A stretch of 64,000 nt of DNA from Reclinomonas americana ATCC 50394. Taxonomy: Eukaryota. The notes under the pieces are model-generated. The model worked only from the letters and a program-made list of their open reading frames with translations, was not told the origin of the DNA and did no database searches. The position numbers and the translations under genes are program-made. This document shows, in pieces, positions 18,512-33,901 of the stretch (position 1 is its first letter; the number at the start of each line of letters is the position of its first letter). Location of the stretch: the NCBI GenBank assembly GCA_048213135.1, contig PS015061.1, positions 302,628 to 366,627 on the forward strand, read 5' to 3'.

Positions 18512-21082
18512 TTAAACAGGTTGTGCTGGTTGTGCAGGTGGTGGCGACGGCGACTCTATGGTCAGCAGCTCCACCTCCGCTTCTTCGGCCTCCGAGGCAG
18601 GTCTGCGAGGCGTGTCGCCCACTTGGTCGTCGTCTGCTGCTGCTGGTGTTTCACCGTCACCAGCAGCTGCAGCAGCAGCAGTGGCAGTTGCTGGTGGGGC
18701 TGCCACAGGGCGACTCATCAGGCTGCCGGCACGGACGTCTGCAATCCACAGAAACGCACACAAGGCTGCCGTCACGGCCATGACGATCACCAGTGACCAT
18801 ATGACGCTGTCGTAGCCGAGGCTGGTGACGCGAATTTCACGTCAGCAGGCGCTGGCGAGGCAGTGAAAGAGAGAGCATACACACGCAACTCGTCTTTTAG
18901 TGCACCCACAATGGGCGCCATCACGGCCAGACCGAGGTTCTGCTCGAACGAGAGTGAGAGAAACCGATATCGATCGTCAGCCGCTCAGCAGAACAAGAAT
19001 ATTCACCAGCGTGGCCGAAGCCAGCCCGAATGCCGTGGCGGTCATCCGTGGTTCCACCACGTTGGAGATGCACGGCCACAATGTGGCAGCACCCATGGCA
19101 AACAGGCCGCCGAAGAGGCCCATGGTGATAAATGGCGACACGCTGCCGTAGAGGAGCAGCATATACAGCGCAATGTACAGCAACGAATCGAGCAGCACTG
19201 CGCGACGCAAGACTCAGCAGCAGCACCGACAACAGGCCGAGACGTGGCAATACACGCAACAAACAGGTGGCTTGAGTCCCACACGATCGACCACGAAACC
19301 GACAAGCGGCGACCCAATTGCCGACACTGCGATGTAAGTCGGCAAATGAGCACGACACGGTACAACACGAATAGCAGTGTGCACTCACCCGTGTACACCA
19401 CAGAGCACGCAGCTCCAGCTTCCTCGGGTTCCCACTGTCGCTTGTTGACGAAACAGTCGCTGTGTTGAGAGCATAAGTTGTTTCACGAGTGTGCATATGA
19501 CACGCCAGCACAATGCACGCGTACGCAACGCGCATACGGAGAGGAACGGATAGACGGCACTGTAGTAGGTGAGAGTGAGTAGCATGAGGATCCAGGCCGT
19601 CAGCGGAAAGTAGCGAATGTCCATGAGAGAGACGCGAGCCTGGCGTCGCACGCTGGGTGAGGAGCCGCAGATACAGAAACGAAGACTACGTGGTCACGCA
19701 CTCGACCCTTCGGCTTGTCGGTGGACTTTTTTGCTTCAACGGCCTGCGAGGCCGATCGCGACTGCCACTGCTCATGCGCCTTGTCCATGACACCGGCAAT
19801 AACCGCACACACCATTGATACGACGCAGGCCAGGGTGCCTGTTCCGATCGCAATGATCACCAGCTGCAGTGAGTAAGGGCGGAACGGGGGGGGGGGGGGG
19901 GGGGGGAGACGATGCGGCGATTAGCGCACCAAACCACAGTGCCCAGTCCAATCCAAATCGCTGTGCTATTGCCGGGGAGATGATCATGGTGGTGGCGCTG
20001 GCCTGCAAACAGTGCGTGAGTGGGGACGACGACGAGGAGGAGGAGGAGGAGGAGGAGGAGGAGGAGGAGAAGGAGGAGGAGGAAGAGGAGGAGGAGGAGA
20101 AGGAGGAGGAGGAAGAGGAGGAGAAGAAGAAGAAGAAATAACAACAACAACAGGGAGAAGAAAAATGAGAAGAAGAACAAGCAGATGAAGAGGAGGAGAG
20201 GGAAGAGAACAAGGAAGAGGAGAGAAGAAAGAGGAGGAGGAGAAGAGGAAGAAGAAGAAGAGAAGAAGAGAAGAAGAAGAAGAAGAAGAAGAAGAAGAAG
20301 AAGAGAACAACAACACGGAGAAGAAAAAGAGAACAACAACTGGGAGACCAAAAGGGACAGAAGAAGAAGACTCCACAACCAACTGCAAGCACTCCCCCTT
20401 TCATGATCACCCACCAGTCGACCCGAGGACAGAATGATGGCCAGAGCGAACGCCAGTTCCTTGTTTTTGAACACGCGGGTGACATAGATCACTTGGGCTA
20501 CGGCTGTCGCACGCAACGAGTGAGTGAGCGTGAGAGGAAATCGGGTGAGTGCAGGCGAGAGCAACGCACTGTTTGACTCGCCACCGATGCTGCAACACGG
20601 ACACACACGACTTCATCAATCAAAAACAACAGCGAGTCTCCCCACACGTCAGCGTTCTCACCCAAAGATGAATCGACCGACAACCATGAGCCAGTACAAG
20701 CGCATCGTGCCACCGAGCGCAAACAGCAGCTGTCCAACCAGCGTGATCAGCGTGTACAGGAAGCCACCAAACCTGTGCAACACATACAGAAACAAGTCAC
20801 ATGCCATTCCTTGTCCTTCTTCATCCTCCTCTTCTTCTCCTTCTCCTCCCCCTCCTTGCCCTCTCCCTCTCTTCTCCTCCTCCTTCACCTCAGTGTTGTC
20901 CTTTTCCCAACTTGTTCTTGTTCTCCTCCTCCTCCTCCTCCTCCTCCTCCTCTTCTCCTTCTTCTCCCCCTCCTCCCTCTCTTCTCTGCTTCCTTCAATG
21001 TTGTCCTTCTCCATCTTCTTCTTCTTCTCCTCCTCCATCTTCTCCTCCTCCTCCATTTTCCACTTCCCTCTCTTCTCCTTCT

Positions 21083-21117
<35 letters not shown>

Positions 21118-21780
21118 TCTTCTTTTCTTCTCCCCCTCCTCCTTCTCCTCCTTCTCCTCCTCCTCCCCCTCACCGGATTCCGAACACGCCGTCCATGAGG
21201 TAGCCACCGAAGAAGACGAGCACGATGTTGGGCACCGAGTACATCGTGTAAAACACCTGATACTCACTGGCATCCAGATGATACTCCTGCACCACGATCA
21301 ACACGCGATCACGACAAAAGGAAAAGAAAAAGAGCAAGAGCAAGACCTCTTGCATGAATGTCTGCACGGCGGACGGCAGCTCGTAACAGAAATAGAGGCC
21401 TGCACACTCGGATCAGAGGCGGAGAGAGGCGAGTGTGAGTATCGACGAATGTCCACGCAACCCCAGCTGACGAAGCAGGCCACCAAGAGTAGCGTGTATC
21501 GAAAAAGCCAGCGCGAAGGATGAATGCAACTGACGCGCAAATAGATGAATCCAACTCTCTCACAATGTCAGGCAACATCACACGCACCCTACAGCCTCCT
21601 TCTTCTCCTCTTTCTCGATCAGAAGCCGATCGCTGTGGATCTGTGGCGAAGGCGCCGCTGCATGTTCGTCCTCTTCTTCCTCATCGCCGTCGTGCCTGTG
21701 ATCGCAGAGAAGAAAAACAGGACATGTCAAGCAAAGACAAGAGGAAGAGAGCGGGGACGACCACGCGCTCACCTGTGCAT
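18512..21780 (-). CDS. MFSD1: MFS transporter, MFSD1-like (lysosomal type), many introns
   Basis: Spliced exons give [54 protein letters not shown](T)[39 protein letters not shown]. Confidence 0.85.
20035..20370 (+). repeat. Intronic (GAG/GAA)n purine-rich low-complexity tract
   Basis: Directly visible degenerate trinucleotide repeat inside an MFSD1 intron. Confidence 0.85.
20810..21170 (+). repeat. Intronic (CTC/CTT)n pyrimidine-rich low-complexity tract
   Basis: Directly visible degenerate trinucleotide repeat inside another MFSD1 intron. Confidence 0.85.
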
Positions 21781-21858
21781 GAGGCGCACGCGAGAATACA
21801 AACGTCGACTTGTCCTGCACGCAAAACGTTCCTGTCACCCAAAGCGGGAGTAGACCAA

Positions 21859-23974
<2,116 letters not shown>

Positions 23975-24224
23975 GAGGTGGCCGGCGCGTCGCGTTTGTC
24001 TGTGTGTGTGTGTGTGTATGGTCGGGTTTCGTGTCGCTTTCTGGCTTTCGGTTCTTCGTTTTACAGATTTGCTCGAGAAGAAAGGGAAGAGAGAAATGCT
24101 CCTCTTGTATACGCGAAAAAATGAAAAAGTTTGCTGTCAAAGAAGGGAAAGGGAAGGGAGGCAATCGTAGTAACGTTCGAATTCAAATCTCGCGCGTGTG
24201 TGGAGCAAAGTCATCAGACACCGA

Positions 24225-27080
24225 ATGGTCGACAGCAACTCGATCAAGGCCTACGCCGACGCGTGTCATCGTCTCGGCACCGAGGCCTACCCTTTCGTGA
24301 TTGACTCCTTGCGCCTGCTCGAGCAACAACGGCAAGTTCTGTCGACTGAAGGAGGAGGTGGTGGTGGTGGGGGTGAAGGCGGCAGTAGCAGTGGCGTGAT
24401 CACACTCTCCACTGCCGGGTACCATCTGGGACCAAAGGTAACACTTCTTTACGTGAGTGTGTCTCTCTTTCCCCTCCAACACACGTGATGATGACACAGG
24501 GTGGTGCGGCTCTTGCGGAAGCCATTCGTTTCGTGCCGTGCACGGCGATCGATCTCAGCGAGAGCTTCATCGGTGACGAGGTCTGTGCACCTCACATGAC
24601 ACCTCTCTGTGCATGTGTCACACACTGAGCACGCACACTGTGTGCAGGGATGTGGCAAGATCGTGCACGCTCTGCTGGCGCACGCCGACAGCATTGTGTC
24701 GGTCAACTTGCGCGGGTGCAACCTGCAGGAGACGGGCGCTGTGGCACTTGGCGCGTTGCTGTCGTCGTCGTCCTCGTTGCAGACGTTGAGTGCTCATTGC
24801 AGCCGGTCTTCTTGCATCGAGGCTGACGACTGACTTGTCGCCGCAGGCTCTCGCTCGAGTGGAACACGGTTGGCTTGTCGGAGATCGGTGTCAGTGCACT
24901 CGCCGATGGCCTCGCCCGCAACAACTCGATCACCTCACTCGACTTGAAGAACAACCGACTCGGTCCGCAGTCGGGCAAGCTGCTGGCCGAGGGCATCAAG
25001 GTTGCGTTGGTGGGAACATGGTTTCGCCTTCTTCAGTGTTTTGACGACGAGTATACGCAGCACAATGCCACCATTCGCGTGCTGGATCTGCGGTTCAACT
25101 CGCTCGGCCTCTTTGGTGGCGAGTGTCTGGCGCAGGCACTGGAGAGCAACATTTCTCTCATCGAACTGGAGGCCAGCGCCAATGAGGTGCCGTTCCAGGT
25201 GCTCGGCTCGATCGGTGAGCGTGTCGGGGAAGGAGGGAGAGACTCAAGATCCAGTGCCTGACACGCAGTCACGCACAGCACGGTTACTGGATCGCAATCG
25301 GCAGCAGGGAGCGTTGCTGCTGAAGCAGCGCCAGCTGGAGCTCGATCTGGAGAAGAGCAAGCGCAAGATTCTCAGCGAGCACGAGCAGGTGGGGCCAGCG
25401 AGCGTTGCGCGCAGCCATGAGCACAATGGGTTGTCTCATCATCATGTCGTGGCAGGAAATGGAGCGTCTTCGCACTGCCGTGGAGAAGAAACGTGAGGAG
25501 CTGCTGGTGACCAAGGAGGACTTTACCGATCGGATGGCACAACTGCGCGCAGAGTTGGCGCGCGAGAAGGACCGTGCTATTACGCTGGAGACGCAGCTGA
25601 GGGTTAGTGGGCGTCTCGGCGTGTGTGAGAGGCAACATGTGGCTGAATGATTGTGCACAGAAATACGAGGACCTGCACGCGTCACTCGAGCGAGAACGCG
25701 GTGAGTGGGAACTGGAACGAACACGCCTCTCGGCTCGCTGCCACGAGCAGGAGGTCACGCTGGTGGAGAATCGCACACGTCTCGGCGTTTTGGAGCAACG
25801 CAGCACGGACTGGGAGAGGGTGTGTTCACGCGCTGAAGCCAAGTGTGAGCTGCTGCATATCCTGATCGCTCTGTGTTTTCACAGGAGGTGACAGCTCTGC
25901 GTGCCGATCAACGAGCGAGTCTGGAGGAGCAGGGCAAACTGCAAGGTACTTTGCTGCGGTGTCGTGTCGCACTCTACCTTCGATACTCACCCGATCCTCT
26001 GTAGATCGACTGTTGCGCGCCACCACCGAACTGGAGCGGCTCAAGCTGCAGAACGCGTCACTGACGCAAGACGCCGAGCGACGACGTCTCGAGTTGGAAC
26101 ACGCTGAAGCACGACAGCAGGAGCTGCAGGGCATGTATCAGCGAGCAGTGTCGGGTGAGACGCAGGCACGAGAGGAAGTGGAACGAGTGCGACGTGATCA
26201 CGAGCAGCAGCGTGTGGTCATGGTGCGAGAAAAGGACGCTGCCACGGTTCGTGCTTGTGGGAGGTTGGCAAGCTCTTTGTCCATCCTTGAGGGGCTGACA
26301 AGCCCATAATGTGGCAGCGCGATGAGCAGCAGCGATGGAAAAAGACAAACGAGGAGCTCAGCGCGCAGGTGCTTACACTGACGACGCAGTTGGAGGACAT
26401 GAAGCGGGCGCGCGATGACGCCGAGTATCGTGCCAGTACGACCGCCGTGGATACACGGGCGCAGCTGGAGAGCACATTGCAACGGCTGCAGATCACCGAG
26501 CGCGATTTGCAAGAGGCCCGTCGTGCGCGCGACGATCTCAACACTCGGCTAGAGTCGACACAAGCAGCTCGCGCAACGGCCGAGAAAGAGGTGAGATGCG
26601 CTTCTGCAGCTTGCACGGTTTAGTCGACTTTCTTTTCATCTTCTGTTGCAGGTTTCGTCGCTGCAGGCGGCGGCTCAGGCATCGCAAGCGTCGTTCCAGA
26701 GAGAGCTTGCACAGACTCGCAGCTCTCTCGAGACGCAACTGGCACAGCGCGATGCCGAGTTGCGGACGCGCGAGCAGCAGTCGCAAGTTGCGTCAGCAGC
26801 AACCCCGGCTGTCGCTCTTCTTCTCCGCCGTGGACCAACTCTTGGTGTTGTTTTCGTGCAGATGTGGGAGCAAAAGTCGCGAAACTTGGAACTGGAGGTT
26901 TGCTGTGGCGTGCACTTGTCGTCCATGTTACTGCTGCTGATAACAACACCACAGTTGTCCACGGCACGGGAGCAACACCGTCGAGCCCTATTCGCCCTGG
27001 AAGACGAAGTGTCGTCGTCCGTACAACGACTCTTCGCGCAGGCACGAGCCGGGGCCAGCGGCGGCAGCGCAGTGAAATAA
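24225..27080 (+). CDS. LRR (RNI-like) plus long coiled-coil protein, LRRC45-like
   Basis: LRRs (VNLRGCNL, LSLEWNTVG, LDLKNNRLG, LDLRFNSLG) followed by multi-exon Glu/Arg/Gln-rich coiled coil. Confidence 0.75.
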
Positions 27081-27186
27081 AAACGAAAGAGAGGAGAACT
27101 CGCGTTTCTTGTTTCTGTGCACACGTGTATTTGGTTCTTGTCGCTAGCGTTGTTCGACCGACTTCACGTCAGCTGAGCACGCCGCT

Positions 27187-28278
27187 TCACAGCACTGGAA
27201 TGTACTCGGTGCCGTCGCACTTGAACACCTCGGTGCCGTCGGCAGTCACAATCTTGACAAAGTAGTTGGTGTTGCTCAACACCAGCCTATGCGACAGCGA
27301 CACGAGTGTGAGCAGGCACGACCATGAAGCTCTCTTCTCTCCCTCTCTCTCCCTCACCTCTTTTGCACTTCCTTGATGCACAGCAGCATGATCTGCTTGC
27401 CCTGATCGAGATCCATGTTCTTCTCGAACAAGCGGTCCATGATGGAGAGGGTGAAGTAGGAGCCGTAGCCCTGCGCCGTGTACTGCATACGGTGCAACGT
27501 GCCGAGGTAGTCCATGAAGTACAACGACGGTCCACTCTCCTCGTCGGGCTGTCCAGCCGCCGTCAACACCTCCGACGGTGCATCGTAGCCGACCAGCAGC
27601 AGGTTCACCTGCTGCGGGTCTTTCCGGATGGCCTCTGCGAGCTGCGAGAGAGAGAGAAGAGGTCGTCGGCAACAAGAGTTCACACAAACAGTGCGAGGAA
27701 TGTGAACAAGCACTCAACTTGACCGCGAATGTAGTGCGCGCATCCATGAGTGGACAGGCGCAGGCCTTGGTTCTGGTAGGCGTACAGTGCCAGGTTCTTG
27801 CGGACGTACTCGCAGAACTGAGCGCGGTCACCCGGCTCACCCGCCGCCGCCATCACACGGTGCGAGTCCAGCTCAAAAATCTTGTCTTCCGTGTCCTTCA
27901 GCTTGATGACAGAGAAGGCCGCGCTGGCGTCGGCTGCCACCATTGCCCATCCGTTGCCCACAAGTCCTGGGAAAGAGAAAGACAGAGAGAGAATGAGCAG
28001 TGCAAAATCGTTCATCAAGCAGTTGTCACTCAGCACACACACACGCACAGAGAGAAAAGGAGAAAGAGAGTGCGCATGGATGAGCGACGCATCAACGTAA
28101 GACAGACAAGAGTGAGTGAGCGTCTGTGAGTGTGCGAGTGTGTTCATGGGTGCCATCTCTCCCGCGCGCGCGCGCAAATGCAAGAGTGTGCATGCGTAGA
28201 TTGTCAAGACTGCGGCGTTCTTACTGTGCGAGTGTGGCCGTGTGAGTGAAGGAACGCACCGAGAAGTGTTTCACCCAT
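27187..28278 (-). CDS. PSMB2: 20S proteasome beta-4 subunit (PRE1/PSMB2), 3 introns
   Basis: MGETLLGLVGNGWAMVAAD, KDTEDKIFEL, GEPGDRAQFCEYVRKNLALY, QVNLLLVGYD, GPSLYFMDYLGT, QGYGSYFTLSIMDR, CIKEVQKRLVL. Confidence 0.93.
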
Positions 28279-28694
28279 GATTGTCGCGCGCGATTTGTGT
28301 GTGAGGTCGACGTCGGCGAGTGACAAATGCTCCCGTGGGACAAGGCTCTTCTTCCTCGCCGTCTGCTGTCGTCGGTGAGCTGGGCGCTCTGTGGGTGCAA
28401 GCCTTTTTGTTGTAGTAGCAGACTTGTTGAGCTGGAAAGAAAAAATCTGCGATTCTCCAGTGGAGAAGGCCGAAGTTGTCTCGAATTCGAAGTGGGGTCC
28501 ACTCCTCGCCTTGCTTGCCACCCTGGACCAAGGGCAAGGTGGTGTACTCACTGTACGCAAGCCGCCGCGCCCCTCCGCCCAGTCACAGCGAACCCGACTT
28601 CACGCGACAACAATCGCCCATCGCCGACTGCTCATGCCTGCCTGCCCCTGCCTGCACGTGGCACCGAGCAACAACCTAGGTGCACGCAATACAT

Positions 28695-29495
28695 TTACAA
28701 TCCACCGATGATGGAGATGGAGGTGAGGTTCTCGCCCACGCGCAGCATGAGATAGAGCCACGTGGAGATGAGTGTCGAGTAGGTCGACCAGGGGAAGATT
28801 GTCGAGTAAAAGAGGAGGGCTCCGGAGCCCGCGATGCTGTTGGCGGCGCCGAGTGTGCGCAGCCATGAGCGCCGGCATCCCAACAGGTACGCCGACGCAA
28901 AGAACAGCGCCGACGGGAAGGCCACATGCAGCACCGAGCGCCACAACGAGGTGACAAAGCTCGACTCGGAGATCTGCCGCTTCCACCGTTTCCGCAAGAA
29001 GAAGCGGAAGAAGAAGAGAAAGCGCGAGTTGTTCTTGAGGTACGACACCAGGCGCCACGTGAAGAGGTAGATGCCGAGAGCGCAGTTGGTGACAATCGAC
29101 AGCTTGCGCAACACGCGAACCACCATCGTGTTCCTCCGCTCACGCAGCCCGAGCAGCTCCGATCGCAGCTCCGCCACCTGATGCTGCGTGCGTCGCAACT
29201 CACGCGCCACCACCTGCAGATTGTTCGCCAAATCCGTCTCAGGCGCCTGATCTATGCACACACACATCAGCCGAGCGCGCAGACACTGCTCCTCCACACG
29301 ATGTGCACGCGTACCCAAATCAGCCAGGCACACGTGACTCAGGTTGCGCATGAGCGGCGGTCGACTGGCAGTCACATTGCTCAGACTGCCTCCGCGCGCG
29401 CGCATTCGTCCCCCCAGTGGCGCTGGTGCTCCGGTTGCCAGAGGAGGCGGAGGCGGAGGAGGATCCTCAGGCGAGAAGGTCGCCGACCTCTTCAT
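28695..29495 (-). CDS. Hypothetical membrane protein (coiled coil plus several hydrophobic segments)
   Basis: ORF MKRSATFSPED... with one probable in-frame intron; LQVVARELRRTQHQVAELRSEL coil followed by hydrophobic helices. Confidence 0.6.
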   Translation of the reverse strand: MKRSATFSPEDPPPPPPPLATGAPAPLGGRMRARGGSLSNVTASRPPLMRNLSHVCLADLGTRAHRVEEQCLRARLMCVCIDQAPETDLANNLQVVARELRRTQHQVAELRSELLGLRERRNTMVVRVLRKLSIVTNCALGIYLFTWRLVSYLKNNSRFLFFFRFFLRKRWKRQISESSFVTSLWRSVLHVAFPSALFFASAYLLGCRRSWLRTLGAANSIAGSGALLFYSTIFPWSTYSTLISTWLYLMLRVGENLTSISIIGGL

Positions 29496-29560
29496 TAACA
29501 AGACAAGCACCAATCGATCAAACAACGACCGTTACTTTCTCTCTTATCTCTTGTTTTATC

Positions 29561-30755
29561 ATGCGTCGCGCGACAGCCAACGACTTTTCTGAGCAAGAGC
29601 TCCGCGAACACATTCGCGACATTGTGCCGCTTGAGCGCGGTGCAGCGTCGCCTCTGCCGGAGAACAAGCCGGCGTTGTGGTCAATGTTTCAGCGCGCGCT
29701 CAAGTCAGGCACGTCTTCCTCCTCTCTCACTGTCTCTCTTGCTCATTGTGTTGCTCATTGTGTGTGTGGGGGTTAGAGCACTTGGATGTTCGTGTGCGCA
29801 AGGATGGCGCGGTGGTGTGGGAGAAGCAGCGCGAGGGCGGTATCAAGGTTACCAAGCTGGTATGACACAGTGCATTTCGTGTTGTCTTGTGCGTGTTTGC
29901 TCACTGGGTGTGTGTGTGTGTGTGTGTAGATTATCATTGTGTTGTGGGTGTCGCTGTTCTCGTTTGTGACGTTCAACTTGTTGCAGTCGTTTGGCATGTT
30001 GCCGGTGAGACCTCTCGCTCTCTGTTCTTTTGCAGTGTGTGTTCTCTTGTTGTGACGTGTGTGCGCGGCAGCATGAGTCGGCTGCTAGTGAGAAGAAGGA
30101 GGAGGCGGCGACTCCGCCGGCGAATGAGGCACCCGAGGTGGAGGAGGCGCCTGCGATCACTTCCGATGCGGTGTTGGAGGCGGTCCAGGCTGCGTCGGAA
30201 GCTGCGGCTGAGACACACGAAGAAGAACACCACGAGCAGGAGCAGGAGGCGGAGGCGGAGCAGCATGAGGATGCACCGGCCGCTCATGCTGAGGAGGAGG
30301 CGCACGAGGAGGAGGAGCCTGCGGTGCAGGAGGCGCATGAGGAAGCGGAGGCTGCACCTGCGGCGGAGGAGGAGGAGGAGGATTCAGCGGCGGCTGAGGC
30401 TGCGGCGGCGGCGGCGGCTGCGGCGGAGGCTGAGGCAGAGGCCAAGGCAGCAGCAGAGGCCAAGGCGGCGGAGGAAGCCAAGGCGGCGGCGGCGGAGGCA
30501 GAGGCCAAGGCCGCTGAGGAAGCCAAGGCCGCTGAGGAAGCTAAGGCAGCAGCGGACAAGGCAGCAGCCAAGAAGGCCGAGAAGAAGAAGAGGAAGGCGG
30601 AGAAGGAGGCGGCGGCCAAGGCGGCGGCAGAGGAGGAGGCCAAGGCGGCGGCAGAGGCAGCCAAGAAGAAGGCCGAGGAGGAGGCGGCGGCGGCCAAGTC
30701 CAAGGCATCCAAGGGACCCAAGAAGGACAGGAAGGCCAAGGGCCACAAGGTCTAA
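29561..30755 (+). CDS. Hypothetical protein with Ala/Glu/Lys-rich charged repeat C-terminus
   Basis: Exons MRRATANDFSEQELREH..., EHLDVRVRKDG... and long ORF 30030..30755 (EAKAAEE repeats) ending TAA; junctions partly uncertain. Confidence 0.6.
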
Positions 30756-30941
30756 ACACAGGCAAGCCCTCTTTTCCCCCCAGCTCTTTTCTTTTAACGG
30801 GGTATCGTCCTTTTCCCTATTTACATGTCATGATGCAACGTAAGCAATGCAGTGCATCGTGACTTGAGTGAGACCCACACACACACACGTCGAAGGATTT
30901 ACTATGCGCATGCCACATCTTCTCGCGTCCATGCGCTCGCC

Positions 30942-33241
30942 TCAGCGGGCACCACCGAGCCGCTCGCGCATTTCGTTGTTGAGGTTGCAGGCCTGCACAA
31001 CCAACTCAGTGTCTCACACATTAACAAAGCACACGAAGGCATGCACACTCTCTCACCTCCTGGAACTCCTTCACGGCGCGGAAGTACTGTCGCTGTTGGT
31101 CCATGAGGCGCTCCATTTGCGCCTCGTACGCACCACGCTCCGCCGCGTCCTTGTCGCACTTGCCCTCCACTGCTGTCCGCGACGTCTCGATTTGCCTCAC
31201 GCAGCTGGTGAGGAATTCGAGGAACTTTGGTCCACCGACCTCCGACAGCAGCGCGCCGCCCGCCACATTCGACTGAATCGAATTCATCAGCTGCAACTCC
31301 TTGGTCATGTGGCCGCACGTCTCGTCCAGCGTGTTGTGCGTGTGAATGTACTGGCGAGTCTGCTCCAGCTTGTTGGTGACCTGGTCGTACAGCTCGGTGA
31401 AGCGTCGCTCGTACTGCAACAGCTCGGCGCGTGTAGGAATGTGATCGATGGCACGTTGGATGCGATCGATTTCCTGCACCACACACAGAGGGATAAGCAA
31501 AAATGACAACACGATGTGCACTGCGCGGAACCGACCTGGTTGCGTGCGGCCGCCACATCACGCAGCTGCTCCAGACGCTGCGCATCGCGTGCAATGGTGT
31601 CCTCCAATCGCGCCAGCTCCGAGGCGCTCTCACTGCCGGCACCACCACCACCACCACCACCGAGTGCATCCAACGCCGCAATCTTCTCGTTCCACATTTG
31701 CAGCTGCTCACGGCACGACCGCCTAAACTCCTCCTCGTCGGCATGCAGCTTGTCGTTGAGTTGCAGCAAGTGCTTCAGGCCATTGTACTCGGCCGATCGC
31801 TCCTCTTGCACGACAGCGAACTGGGCCAGGTGTTGGTCGATTTCCTGCAAGTGGGTGGTGAGTAACCGTGTCCGAGTCGGCGGGCAAAAAGCATAAACAG
31901 ACCCTGCGTCGTGCCCGCGACGTCTCAATCATTTGCATCGCAGCCGCGTACTCGGCCTGCGCGGCAGCCAGCGCGCTGCGTGACATCTCCAGCTTGTTCT
32001 TCATCTTTTGCGCACGCTGATGCAGGCCCTCCAGCTGGCGCTTGTGACCCTGCTGCTGACCACGCTCCGAGCTCATCTCCTCCTCCAGCAACTTCGACTG
32101 CTCATCGTACTCGGAAGCGGCGCGGCGAATCGCATCCGAACCCATGCCGACAATGCGGCCCAGATTGCTCGAGCTCACACGCTCACCCGACCCATCCAGA
32201 CCCAACATGTTCAGCCGCAGATTCTCCACCATTCTCCGCTCCTCCTCTGCCGCCACTGCCGCGGCCTCGGCCTCACGACGAGCAGCAGTCGCCGACGCAC
32301 TGCATTTGCAAAAAAAGAAAGGGCGTCAGTGCAACATGCACAGCGGTTTCACATATGAGTGCAGACTCACGAGCCGCCACCGGCATCGGCACCCGCCGCT
32401 CCCGCTTGCATTCCACCCGAGCGGGCGTACTTGCCGTACTCGAGCAGCACCGAGCTCACACGCATCTACCACAAACGCACCAATCACATTAGTCGGCGCA
32501 AACACACGTGACAAGCGGAGAACACGGCGCCAATCACCTCCTCGCTGTCCGACGGCAACGGGCGCGCTCTCCGGTACAGACGACGCGGGCCGTACTTGTT
32601 GACCACCGTATCCAAAAACTTGTTCACCGGTCGCCCCGCCTCATCGCGGTCGTCCTCCGCCTCGGCCGCCGCCACCGGCGCCACATACTCCTGCCGGTAC
32701 TGCAGCTCCGAGTAGCGACGCACCGACTCGCCAGTCTCCGCACGCGTCTCAATCACCTTGCGCACCAGCCACTGCACCGCAGGGAACAGATGCGGGAAAT
32801 CCAGACCCTGCACCTGATGAGCGCGCACCGGGCACGGGCACCGCAGTCGCACCAGCGCATTCTCAATGTTCTCGCCCAGTTTGCTGTGTATGTCACCAGC
32901 AGGTCAGACTCACGCCAGCAAACATAGGGGTGGGCGTGCGTACATCTTGGTGCCGATGTTGGAGTCCTCCTGGAAGTTGAGGTCGATCTCCAGGTCGACG
33001 TTGCTGCCTGTGATGCACCACGCCATGCCACCGACCACCTGCGTGCATGTGTGTGTGAGAGAAGGAGAGATAGAATGTGTGTGTGCGCGCGTGTGTGTAC
33101 CTTATCAAAGGGCGAGAGTGAGGCGATGCGAGCGCGGAAGTAACCCGCGGCCAGCAACATGTCCACAATCGCCTCGTATTTCTCCCGAGCCTCTTCACTC
33201 ATGGCGGGCATGCCACCACCAGCCGCTGCAGCAACCGCCAT
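30942..33241 (-). CDS. CCDC93: CCDC93 (CCC/Commander complex coiled-coil subunit), spliced
   Basis: [86 protein letters not shown]. Confidence 0.92.
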
Positions 33242-33476
33242 ACTCTTTCTCTCTCTTTGCTGGGTGGAAGGAAGGGAAGAGGAGAGACACACGAGTGTGA
33301 GAGGACGCGCAATGACGCACACCACACAGACGCGGAACAAACAACAGCGATGAAGACAGAGAGACAACGCATGCACACAGTGTGACACAAGAGTGATCAC
33401 GCGCGCTTACCGTGCACACCACTCACAGACACACAGAAGAGTGACAAATGATCGTCACGCACATTGTCTTCCGTCC

Positions 33477-33819
33477 ATGACTTCACCACCAGAGCCAAGT
33501 GGTCCTCGTCACGGACGGCTTGCACTGGTGACACTTGCGCTCTCTGTTGGCACGGGTGTGTACATGACGCTCTTTGCGCGTTTCGATGACTCGCTACGAC
33601 CAGGCCGCGATCATGTGTTTAGCGGGTGCGTTGCCGTCTCTCCTCCCACTCTCTCTCCGTGTGTGATCCCTTATGTGTGTCCGTGTGTGTGATTGCAGTC
33701 TGCGACGGCAGGTGGCGAAAAAGTGGGCTGATTTCACTGCATTGCCCGATGACATTCCTCCATCGCCTGCACCATCGCAATCACAATCGTCATCATCGTC
33801 ATCTTCATCATCAACATAG
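33477..33819 (+). CDS. Small (about 90 aa) single-TM protein, one intron
   Basis: MTSPPEP...LALVTLALSVGTGVYMTLFARFD...DHVFSG|LRRQVAKKW...* joined by a GTGCGT...CAG intron. Confidence 0.6.
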
Positions 33820-33901
33820 AACAGTATACACGTGTGTACATATAGCAAACATCATCATCATCATTAGGCGCTGGATTAGTATCTTCTTTTTTCTTCCTTC
33901 G

